NCBI GenBank assembly: GCA_029953675.1
Contig: JAMWBK010000001.1
Coordinates: 682,001-746,000 of the forward strand
Length of the DNA stretch: 64,000 nucleotides
Source of the DNA: Rhodosorus marinus CCMP1338
Taxonomy: Eukaryota; Plantae; Rhodophyta
Direction: 5' to 3'
A program made the position numbers and the translations under genes. Position 1 is the first letter of the stretch; each line of letters begins with the position of its first letter. Below, one piece after another: positions 1 to 11,386 of the stretch. The notes beneath the pieces are model-generated. The model saw only the letters and a program-made list of their open reading frames with translations, had not been told where the DNA came from and did no database searches.

Positions 1-788
<788 letters not shown>

Positions 789-1434
789 TTTTGTTTTTTG
801 TCCTTCGCTTTTACAAAATCAAAATCTGAATATACTCCTCTTCTTCCTCCTGTAAATAACAAGCTTTTCAATGCCACTCCAAATCTCCCTCCTCAGTTCC
901 TCCTCCACCTGCCAGCAATCCCCCTCCCCCCCCGCCCCCACCACCACCAAGTCCTTCCCCTTTAGAAGCGTCAACCCATCGAAGCAGATCGAGAACGCAC
1001 AACCAACATCACCAAGCAGAGAAAGAAAAAAACTATCCACCTACCCCTCTCCTAAAAAACCACATAAACAACCAAACATTCTCTAAGTTTCAATAATACA
1101 AAATTTGTCGTCGGTGTGAGCAACAGTTATACCCCCCCCCCCTAAACTTTTCATCACCATCGCAGAAAATACAGCTGTCCAAAGTACACGAGCTATTTAC
1201 CTACCCTTAAGGTTTTCTACTACAAATATATGTTTACTCTCTGAAGGCAAATTTCAAAGTTTTATGAGTTAGTTTTCGTGTAGCTAACCCCTCCTCACAG
1301 GAGGGGATTAGGAAAACCGTTAAAATCGGTGAAGAAACTGAAGATATGAGAGGGAAACAACGAAAAAACAAAGAAAGCTGTGGACGTGAGTTGCTATGTG
1401 CTTTTTAGAGGTATTCTAATTGCCTTTCTATCGT

Positions 1435-2030
1435 TTAGAAGGATTTCTGGGACAAGGCTGACAGTGTCCCTCTACTCGGCTTGCGGGGAGTTGAGGGGCT
1501 TTTGGGTTGTGTGACTGCGTTTTCGTGAGTTGTGACGACGTTCTGTCGCGGATTATATCGTCCTCGAGTCTTTTGTGCGGGTGGCGAGTTGTGAAGGTTT
1601 GGGATTCCTTACAGTGTTCCCTCGTGCATCACATCGGTTTATCTTCCGCTTACTGTTGTGGAGGCCTTACTGCGTCCTGGTATCGGTGCTTTCGTGTGCT
1701 CCCGTTTTTGAAGAGGCCTGCTTGTCGTTTAGAAGGGATTTTGGAGGTCTCGCTGACACTGTCCCTCTGGCCAGCTTGGGGGGTCATATCGGGGTTTGCT
1801 TTCCGGATGGTAGTCGAGGTACTTCCCGAATTGTAGAAAAACGGTCGGGTGCGAGGCTTTTCGCTTCTGTGTCTGCGTTTTGTAATCGCGATGGCGGCTT
1901 GCTCCGCGGCTTCTCTATTCCTTGAGTTTTTAATGCTGTGTCGGGTTCTGAAGTTTTGGAACGGCTGGCCTTGTGCCTTTTGTGTCACATCGTTCTATCT
2001 TCCGCTTGCCGTAGAGGTCTCGCTTGTTCA
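1435..2030. repeat. Decayed tandem duplication, unit about 300-355 bp
   Basis: TTAGAAGG...GCTGACA.TGTCCCTCT at ~1435 and ~1729; CTGCGTTTT...GAAG.TTTGG at ~1515-1603 and ~1872-1960; TCACATCG.T.TATCTTCCGCTT at ~1629 and ~1985. Confidence 0.7.
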
Positions 2031-2626
2031 TACAAAGTTTCTGGTACGGACTTGGCTTGGCACTCGTTTCGCAACCGGAATTGCACTCGCTCGCGTTTTC
2101 TCTCTTGAGTTTTATGCTGTGGGTCTTAACGCCGCCTTCCTTTTAAACGCCCATTCTCTGCGTATTCCACAGCTTCCTTCCTCTCTGGTTGCCGTCTCTG
2201 ATGAACGATGGAGTTACTTGGGATGTTTTAGGTTGTGGAAGAGGCCGGGGGTGGGGGGAAGGGGGTTTGGTTTGGCTGCAAAGGTATTTCTGTAAATCTC
2301 TACTTTATATTTGATAGTTCATACGGGTCCTGGGACTTGGGCTATCGATCTTTTGCAGAAAACCTTGCTGGTCCCAGGGTGAGTCCATCGCCGGACAGGG
2401 TGCGTTGGGCGCTCACACGTACGGCTCAAAGACACACGGAATCAAAGCCTAGAGTTCCTGAGGACCTATGTAAAATCATTTGCGCAACAAAGACATTGCA
2501 GATCACCACGCCACGCCTCAGTGCTCACCTGGTACTGTAATCGCCCACTTTGTTGTTCGGTTTTCTTCCCTGCGTATCCGTCTTTCCAGATCGATTGAGA
2601 TAACATGTGTCCCTGAAAAGGAAACG

Positions 2627-3030
2627 TGGTCATCACGCCTAGGCCATGAGGGTGGACTTATAAATAGAACGAAACCCCTGGAAATGGCGCATTGGTTTGT
2701 TTTGGGAGTTTCATGTGTGTGCTAGTGTTGCGCCCGCGGTAGTTCGATGGCCACTAAAGGCTACGGGTTCAGTAATTGGTGCCTCCTCACTGATTTTGAA
2801 GAGAGAGTAAGCATTGATTTGAGAATATCGGAGGAGGTTGTTGATCTAGGACATGAGAGTTCGACACGAGTAAGTGCAGTCTTAAGCCGTAGATCTTGTC
2901 TCACCCGATCAGCATGGTGGGGGCAACCGCTGACTGGATTTAGGATCATAGCGCTGCGTCTGCCTCTAAGGCCTGGGCGGATTGCATTGCTCTTTTTGTA
3001 CTTTCTTCGGTTAGCGATGAAATCAGACGT
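2627..3030 (+). mobile_element. Degenerate Ty1/Copia GAG-pre-integrase/integrase-like fragment
   Basis: WSSRLGH...CVC*CCARG resembles the WHxRLGH...CxxCxxGK motif; followed by ERVSIDL and YFLRLAMKSDVF; contains a stop codon. Confidence 0.4.
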
Positions 3031-3942
3031 TTTCCTCGTCACCCTAACGTGCCAAAAGGAGCATGCATCGATGCATGTGTGCAAGTCCCAATCGTTTGAA
3101 CGGAACTTTGCTTGCCGAGCTCATTCTTGTTGAACGAGCTGTGCTTCCCCGTCCAACACTGAACACCTACACGTTCTAAAGCACAGCCACACCAGACCCT
3201 TTTTTCCACGGTACCAGACAAAAGATGAAAACAGAAACCCCCCTGCTCCACCCCCTTCACCCCCCTGTGGTTCCATAATCTGTTTGAGATACGGTGCTTT
3301 GGTCGTCCCGTGGTTGGGGGGGTTTGCTAGTTCACCCACGCGTGTCCCATACTGGACGTAGCACTAATTGCGAGGATGGTTTCTAAGGCACGTTCCCCTT
3401 AATATTAATCCCAATAGTTTGCCATGCGTAGCAATCAAATTGTGAGCGGTGAGCGACAAACATACTGCGAACAGAGGTCGGTGTGGTGTGGAATTCTGGT
3501 TTTGTGGGGGTCCTCCGGGTTTACCAGATCAATCATTATCAGGGTCAATCGTTATTGGTTTTGGTGGGTTGTGCTCGATAATGATTTTTTGAGCTCCGCC
3601 ATAGCATTTGTTTGGGTTTTACTAAGGGCTGACTCGTGCTACAAATTTAAAAGGATCCAAAAACTCATCGTCATCGTTTCTTCGGAGCCTAGCTGCGCTG
3701 AGAAGCGTGAATGAAGACGCTGAAGATGGCATCACGCGACAAAGCCGCGTTCGAACGCCAGAGGATCAAGGATAGCTCGGTGAGGAGGTTATGAAGACGA
3801 GCTAGGAAGCTAAGAGGGAGATGCTCAGGGTCACTATGGGCGAACCGGAACCAGTTAATATGGCAACTACTTGAAAACTATTGCTAGAGAAGATCTCGAT
3901 AGAACACAAATCGCGAAGCTTGCAACAATGCAGCGGAGAACC

Positions 3943-4040
3943 TGTACAAGATGTGAGAAGGACGGACATGAAGCTCATCGTGTCTTTCCAAACTTCGTTG
4001 TTACCATTGCGGACGTACCGGCCACATGCAAAACGACTGT
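3943..4040 (+). mobile_element. Retroelement gag relic with two tandem CCHC zinc knuckles separated by a frameshift
   Basis: CTRCEKDGHEAHR then, after a 1-nt shift, CLSKLR-CYHCGRTGHMQNDCP; the second knuckle is a perfect CX2CX4HX4C. Confidence 0.7.
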
Positions 4041-4189
4041 CCGGAGCGCATGACGAATAAGTGCAACCAAGGAACATGTGGTCGTAAACAAGGCGTCGAT
4101 GCACACGGAATAGAAGCAACTGAAGGAATCGAATGCTAGGCATCAATAACCGGCTATGTTGCAGTACTTTCAAAGACAATGTTATACAC

Positions 4190-4315
4190 ATCAACATTCT
4201 TCGAATAAACGCATTCGTTCATTTAAACAACCGGATCTCATATGAGTTGGACGTAAGACGGCATGTCTGCATCGAGAGCTAGAAGAGAAAGTATACATGG
4301 AAGAACCAGAGGGGT
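4190..4315 (+). mobile_element. Degenerate Ty1/Copia reverse transcriptase fragment
   Basis: ELDV[frameshift]TACLHRELEEKVYMEEPEG matches the Copia RT consensus QxDVKTAFLxGxLEExVYMxQPEG. Confidence 0.75.
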
Positions 4316-5259
4316 CAGCAATACACGTATACCCAAGGGAGGGTCAACCCCAGCTTGAGGGGTACCACAAAAATAAGCACTTGTACAGAAACACATGGAC
4401 AAGCATAAAAACACTATCGGAAAAACATAAAAATAGTGTAACCGCTATAGAAAGCATTGACAAATGTGGTGGGAGTAAACCATTCCCGAACGACCGATCC
4501 ACCCTGTCCTGCTTGGTTTTACTTTCCATGACCTGAGCCAGGACGGCCCTCTCCAACCTTTCTACAACGATGTCAGACCATCCTTTCGACGTGTCAGGGT
4601 CTGGCATCCCCGCACTGGCAAACACCATGTCATTTTCGCGAATGTCACGTCCCATTCCCCCCGCAGAATGTGTCATGCGCAGCTAGTTCATCTGGTTATG
4701 CGAGTATCCGTGCTGAAACTAGGAACCGAGCCCATGATCGAGATGCTCTGGGCGACCACAAATTTTGGGCGTCCTCGCGTCTTTAATTGTGGAGGCACTT
4801 GGACGGCTTGGGAAGGCGGTAACGGAATTTCTCTCGTGCAAGCTAGAACACTTTCGCACAACAGTTTGGACAAAGGTGAGGCTTTGGGTTCGGTGAGGCC
4901 AGGGAATCAATCGTCAGCTCTGGCTCTGTAGTACCTGTTAGTGGTGAACGGGTGGCACGCGATTCGTGTCAAACAAGTACTTTTCCCTCCGAATCTCGTC
5001 TTCTAACCCCGTTGAGGAGTCTCCTTACATTCTTCACTTGTCTTAGCGTCCTTTAGCGCCATGCGCGTTGCTGCCACTATAGTCACGGTTATCCGGACAG
5101 ACTGTACTCAACTCCGCGGTGGCTGAACTCATCTCTCGACTAAGGATCATTTTGTTCGTAATAGAAGAGAAAACGGAAAATTCTGGGTATACGGACAGGA
5201 CACATCTTATATGCTCTGAGGAAACTTTTGGAGTACTATGGTTCACATCTGAACCTAAA

Positions 5260-7330
5260 AGGAGTGTTCCATCGCTATGAACCTTGGAGGTACGTAGAAG
5301 AGTGTAGAAAAGTATTACGACGTAATAAATTCTCTGGGTACCAAACAAATTCGGTTCCCCCCCTTTGTCCACCTGCTCTGGATCTAGGTCTTTTGGCTCT
5401 TCCCCCAGGCGAGCTGCATTCTTGTCCTTGCCTTCGACGGTCAATCCCCCCCGCTTCCTCCTGCGACAGATTTGGAGCCTAGGTACGTCTTATATCGGAG
5501 TTGAACCCAACATCGCTAGTGCTGAAAGCCAGACGACAATGATGATGCTGATGAAGACGATTCGCTCAGAACCTTAGTACCCAGGGAAGAGATCAATACG
5601 AACGCCCCGATGCCGCAAGCTGGAATTTGCACAAAAAACGCCTAGTAAGAACCGAATGAGATTGTAAAGGGGTTCCAGACTTCTACCAAAAGCACATGTT
5701 CAGTATGAGACCGCCGCATTTTTGTGCTGAACTCATCCGCAGAACGTGAACTTTGTGACACGGTGAACAAGTCTTCGCACGAAGTGCGATGTTTTTTTGT
5801 TTTTTTTCCTGGACTGGAAGCGTGTTTGAGGTAGTTGTAAGATCCACGCCAGCGAGAACAAGCAAACTTTGAACACCGTAAGGCAATCTCCAGGACTCCC
5901 AATCTTTACGTCGAGGTCGGATACAGACTCGCAATCCTGCGGTCGGGTTACTCAGCAATAAGCGGGCAGAATGTCTAGTCACGACCAATCAATGCGTGCT
6001 ATGGTCGACGACCGCCTTGCCTTGGGAACAACTAATCAACGGACAACCTATCAACGGACAACCTCAGATGGGAGCAGTTCGAGCAAAGTGAAATGTAGCG
6101 TCGGAAACGTGGGCCCAAAGCTCGTAGGCCATGATCATCAAAATTGCCGACGTGAACCAGTCATTTCTTGAGTCGGGAGGAAGTCCGGCGAGCAGGGTGT
6201 CTTGGCAATTTTATCAGGAGCGCGTTTGAGCAAGAACCGCTCTCTACTGGACCTGTAAACTGCTACTCATCTCGTGCTCTTCTAACTCTTTTGTTTCTTA
6301 CATGAATGAGGAGCACAAGCAACTACATTTCTCTTCGACAGCGTGTGGTCTGCCCTGAATAACGTGAGCACCACTGTGATCACTGCGGGTGACTTAGCAA
6401 ATCGCGTGAGGGGCCTGGAGGTGAATTGTGTTGAAATACTTCGTTGAAGGAGTGGGGGGCTGTGTTGCCGCTTGGAATTTCTTCGCTTTTTAATCAATCG
6501 CGCTGTATTTGGCCGGAAATTAATTTCTGGTCGGCCGATCTGATTGACTCGTAGTATACGTTTATCATGATCGACACGTTTGAGCACGTCGTGAGATTTT
6601 GCTATCAGTCCTCTTCGTAGCGGATAGAGCTGCGAAAAACACGCAAAAAAAGCGGCAGCATATCAGTGCCGCTCTTATTCCGCAGGCATGACATAATCTT
6701 GTTATCTTCGAACATTCTGGATTTTCTTGCTCGTCTGGAGGTCCGCTTACCCCAAGCAACTAGGAGCGCAGAAGCTGTGCACTAGAATGCTCCTGCAGAA
6801 GCGGCAAACTGCTAGAGAAACTATCACTTCTGGGAAACCTAGGGAGCTATCTGGTTTTGATGGAATCAAGAAGGGCCCACACCAAGACGAACTATAGCCT
6901 GCCGTCGACGATGACATAATTGAGTGTGCAGAATCCATCCACTTGTAAGGGTTTACCATGGACGATTTCGAGCTCGCTTGGCACGGGGGGATGATGTCCA
7001 ATTGCAGACCCCAGTCCTATAGACTGCTGAAGAAGCAAGTCAAGACTGATCCTAAATCCAATCACTTGCCGTCCGTTTTGCTGTTCACATTTTAACTGGT
7101 CCTTCAACTGGAGATGTGAACCGGCCGTGCCGTTTCAAAGATGAAAATGACAACGTCGTGATCCAACCAGGTGGACGCGAGAGAGTAGGATTCCGTTTCT
7201 CTCGCTCCGCGATTGGCAGTCTATGGTTTGTAAGTGTGCAACGTTTAGCACGCCAAAGGGGCAAAAGGGAAAACAACAAAAACGACACGAGCGACTGTTG
7301 CGTCTGATCACCAGCTGTTTTTGACGTGCG
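5260..7330 (-). mobile_element. Heavily decayed Ty3/Gypsy pol (RT-RNaseH-integrase order)
   Basis: Motif remnants in Gypsy order on the minus strand: KTA..PFGVLNVAHLQ and WLDHDVVIF (RT, ~7330-7135); FFACFSQLYPL (connection, ~6650); LLQRSISTQFTSRPL..KRNVVACA (RNase H, ~6450-6310); LVVPKARRSSTI (~6030) and AGVDLT..KTCSPCHKV (integrase Zn finger, ~5850-5745); KVHSDG (~5275). Many stops and frameshifts. Confidence 0.6.
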
Positions 7331-7569
7331 AACAAGTCTGCATAAGAATATCAAGTGAGTTTCCCTTTTCATAGAACCCACAAGCATTCATTCAGTGGCT
7401 CTTAGAAACACCAATTCCCCACGACGATTTTCCACGCAAAGGCGAAAAATGCAGTCGCCATCACGGGTCTCTCCCTCTCAGCTCGGTCATAAAAATCGCC
7501 TTTCTCTTTACAGAGAATAAAATCAACAAAAACAAGAACAAAATTTATATCCCAGCAGGCAAGCAATAA

Positions 7570-7623
7570 CCCCCCCCCCCCGCGCGCACATTTGGGGGGC
7601 GGGGGAGGGGGGTGGGGTGGGGG
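7570..7623 (+). repeat. C12 run followed by five G-runs (G-quadruplex-forming motif)
   Basis: G6-C-G5-A-G6-T-G4-T-G5 at 7594-7623, preceded by poly-C at 7570-7581. Confidence 0.7.
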
Positions 7624-10600
7624 AAGGTTCGCTTTTCTTCAAATACGAATTCCCACCTTCTCCACCGATCTCCGAGAAGATGTTTTCACTCACCCCGACA
7701 CAGATACCCAAAGACGAACCAACGTGCCGTCACCATCCCCAACCAGTCCTGCAATTGCTTCAGCTGAAAAACATCAGATGATACAATAAAACTTCTCGTG
7801 TCGAAACAAGAAACAATGTACGAAAAAACTAATAACTATTCAAGATCATAAGCACAGCTGCGCATAAAAGCTAAATCAGAGGATCTCAATGTTTTACAAC
7901 GGAGTATAATTTGTTAATAAATATTGAGGTGGGCGCCAAATCCTTTCCCCCGCGGTGTGCGGAGTGAATTACGAAAATATTTAGATGTCATTCGACGCTA
8001 CGGATTAAGATCTTTTCCTGAATTAAGAACAAAATATGTACGTCTCCAACCAAGCATGGCAATTGGATGGTATACAATGAAGTTGACGAATGAAGGCCCA
8101 GTTCGCATAATCAATTTGACCAATCGACCAAAAAGTTTGGTTTTTGATGTGTTTCTTTTTTTGAAAAACAAATTCAATCTTTTTGTTGCAGGTTTTTTGC
8201 CTCTCCCTTTTCGCTTCTTGTTTTCCTCCCCCCCTTTTTTACCAGACACGTACTTAAAACAACATTGACCAAAGAGACCAATTTTATGGTAAAAAATACT
8301 GATATATATGAGTTGGTAGAATTTGGTGGTAATATCGCACCCCCCCTCCTTTCCGCGTTCGACCAATTAGAAAATGAGGATTCTCATCCATGTCGCCTGC
8401 TCCGCTCCAAAACAGGCGAAAAACACATTTTGATGGCGCAAGATCACGAAATCCGAGGATGTGCTCTTTCCGTTTTTTCCCGTTTTTAGAAAAATCATCG
8501 CCCCGCGCAAGGTTTTTTCTTATGAAGACCGTCAGAACGTTACTTAGGTTTTGGTAATTTTTGGGGTGTAGTTGTGAGTGCGCAGAGTGATTTTTGGGGG
8601 GGGGGGGGAATGAGAATTGTGGTGAGGTAACTTTTTGAATTAGAAAATAATCCCATACCTCTTCGCTTTTAATCTGAATCACTACGGGTAGTATTCTTTT
8701 GGTCTCAAGACGTATATATAGGCGTACATAATAATATTTGTTTTTGTTGAGTGAGGTGACGTGCATTGCCGATGGCCCCCCCCTCGCGGACTTGCTAAAT
8801 GCAACGAGGAGGACGCGTTTGCGGAGATCGCGTAGCCCGTTAGGGTAGAATACTACAAAAAAGACGGGACAGTTTGGAGATCTCGTCCATCCACGGTACT
8901 ACTACAACGGTGATGGAGATGATCAGCATTCCTAGGGCCAGTTTCATAGACGTTTTTTTTATTTATCAGGACAATAAAGTGCTGAGGAGAATCGGTGTGT
9001 TCAGGACAATCAAGACATTTCCTGTCTTCGCATGGGAAATCGTGTAACCACCTATGTATCTGGCACGTTGAGTATTTCTTTTTCGCTCCTACGCAGTAGC
9101 AAGCTCCACGTTAGAGGTTGTGAGGGCTTTGGCTCTCAAGTCCCTCCCCTATTGCATGACGATTCGACTTTACGTTTTCATAGCGCAGAAGTGAAAACGG
9201 AGGGCGGGCAGAGGTAAGGGAGAGAGACTGATTACCCCCCCCTTGGACGCGGGGACTTGCCGTTTCTAAAGTCACCTCTTTATCTCCTCGGCGCGTCCTC
9301 GGCGTGGGAGATGGCAGGTGCCGATCTCGCATATACGGTACAGAAGCAAGTGACTCAACGGGATCCCCAGTTTCACCCTTTGATTGCATTTCTATGAGAG
9401 GATTTGAGGATTGCATGACAATCGAGCTATGCCTGCCATCATCGGCTATTCCTAGCCGTCAACGCTGCCCAAGCGCAGACCACGGGGTATTCGTTCAAGT
9501 TCGACTCCCCCTCCCCCCCCCCCCGCGGCCATAGTTTTTTTGGGGATTTTCATCGCTCCGTACATCACAGAAAAAAGAAGGGCTCAGGGAAACCGGCCGA
9601 CGGCGGTCAAATACCACTGCACTACACGCCCGTGCGACCTCCAGAATAATTCCATTGAAACCCGCAACGTCCTGGGTTTCGCCCACCACAAAAACGAAAC
9701 ACAAGAGTCACAAAAACTACTCCAAAACATCTTGGGTTATCTAATGCCGTCTGACTTGTGGGGCGGGGAAAGTAGATCAACCATCCTCCTCGGGGGAGGT
9801 GATGGCATATCTCCCCCATTGAACCCCCCTACTCACGAAAGCAGAAAAATTGGGTCGTCGCCCAAATAGTTTTTCTTTTCTCACGCGGGCGACAAAAACA
9901 CAACGGCACAATCTCTTTCCCTTCGCAGGGAAAGGAGCAAAACAAAACAAAAACGGGTCCTGAAAACAAAACATTAGAATCGTCAACAATCTTCCCTGCT
10001 AACGCGATAAGACCGCAACCTCTTCCCTCAACTCGCGCGAGGAGTTGTTGCTCCGTTGCCACTGGAATTTCAAAACCTTTTTATCTGCTCACGCTTAGAG
10101 TCAAGGTGAGAAGGAGGGGGGGGGGAAATGCAACTAGTAAATTCAACTCTACCCAAATGTCAACCATACTTTATCCAGAAAACATAACATAAAATGTCAA
10201 CGCAATTCTTAGAGGGGTGAAGATACATCCACGTCACGAGAGGAAGCATCCACGTTCGGGCCCAATACTGCGACCGAAGCCAATATTCCCACGATTTTTC
10301 ATAAACACCACTAACATTACCAATTTATTGACCCCGGCAACACTATAAACCAATTCTTTTTTTGAGGTGTACGAACATTCCCTTAAAAAATTCACATACA
10401 CAAAATCTTAGGAGGTGGACATCATGCAACACACCACACCCTCCCGCACAACATCTTATTAAAACTAGCTTGGTAATATATATCATAAAACACAAAAGGG
10501 GGGAGGATGGGGTTCATTATCCAGCCCCCCCTCCCCCCTCCTTTTTAATTTTTTCTCTCTCTTCCTCCCTCTTTTTTTTCCCATCCCGGCATCAATTATT

Positions 10601-11091
10601 GTTTTCAGAAATAATTCTAAAACGACTTTTATTTACTAAAGGAATGAATAGTGAAAAATGGTTATTTTATTCTCTTGTTCCGATCTGGTCTGTTTTTGTT
10701 TTGTTTGAGAGTGTGGTTGTGTATGGTCAGGCTTTTTGAGATTTCACATTCTAGCTGGTGGAGGGGGTGGACAAGGTCTTGATTCATTAAGTGACCCTTT
10801 TTTTGGTGGGTGAGGGTAGGGAAGGGGTTAAGTGAAAAAAATCGAGAAAGGACTTTTAAGGTTTTTTTTTTTACATCAGTTTTTTTTGTTATATGATCCA
10901 TTGTCACTTCCTTCTTTTTTGGGGGGGGGGGAGAGGAGGGTTCTGAAATGCGGATCCTTTTAAGGGATTTTTTTTTGTGGGCTTTTGGAGGAAGTTGTAA
11001 GTTTGGGGTTTTCTTGGAGAGGACGTACGTTGTGCTTTTTGTCCGAAAACAGGACGAACTACCCGAGAGGTAGCTTTCTTTTTTTTTTTGG

Positions 11092-11158
11092 AAAATGGGG
11101 ATGGACTGGGCGTAACTGCAAGCTAAAATGTTGAGATGGACTGGGCGTAGGCTGCAAA
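11092..11158 (+). repeat. Two-copy direct repeat (~33 bp) upstream of DUR3
   Basis: AAAATG...GATGGACTGGGCGTA..CTGCAA occurs twice, about 230-295 bp before the DUR3 ATG. Confidence 0.8.
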
Positions 11159-11386
11159 CCCACCCAGGGGGTTGTGTTGCGGTTGGTTGATATCTTCTCT
11201 GGCCGGTGGGCTGCAGTCCAAGAATGGGCTGTTGGTGGTCTTGAGAGATCTGATCGGTATATATGAAGAATTCCTACTCGGAGATGGACAGTTGGAGAGT
11301 TGTCGGAGCGCGCTAGAGAAGGCTGGGCTTGGGGAGTGAGCGAGCGGAGGGAGTTTTGCTGGTGTGTTGTTCAGTCGTTGCAAACC

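Noticed and set aside
7924-8366. Overlapping 114- and 122-aa ORFs in AT-rich DNA
   Set aside because: Low complexity (poly-F/K), no family motif, no splice support.
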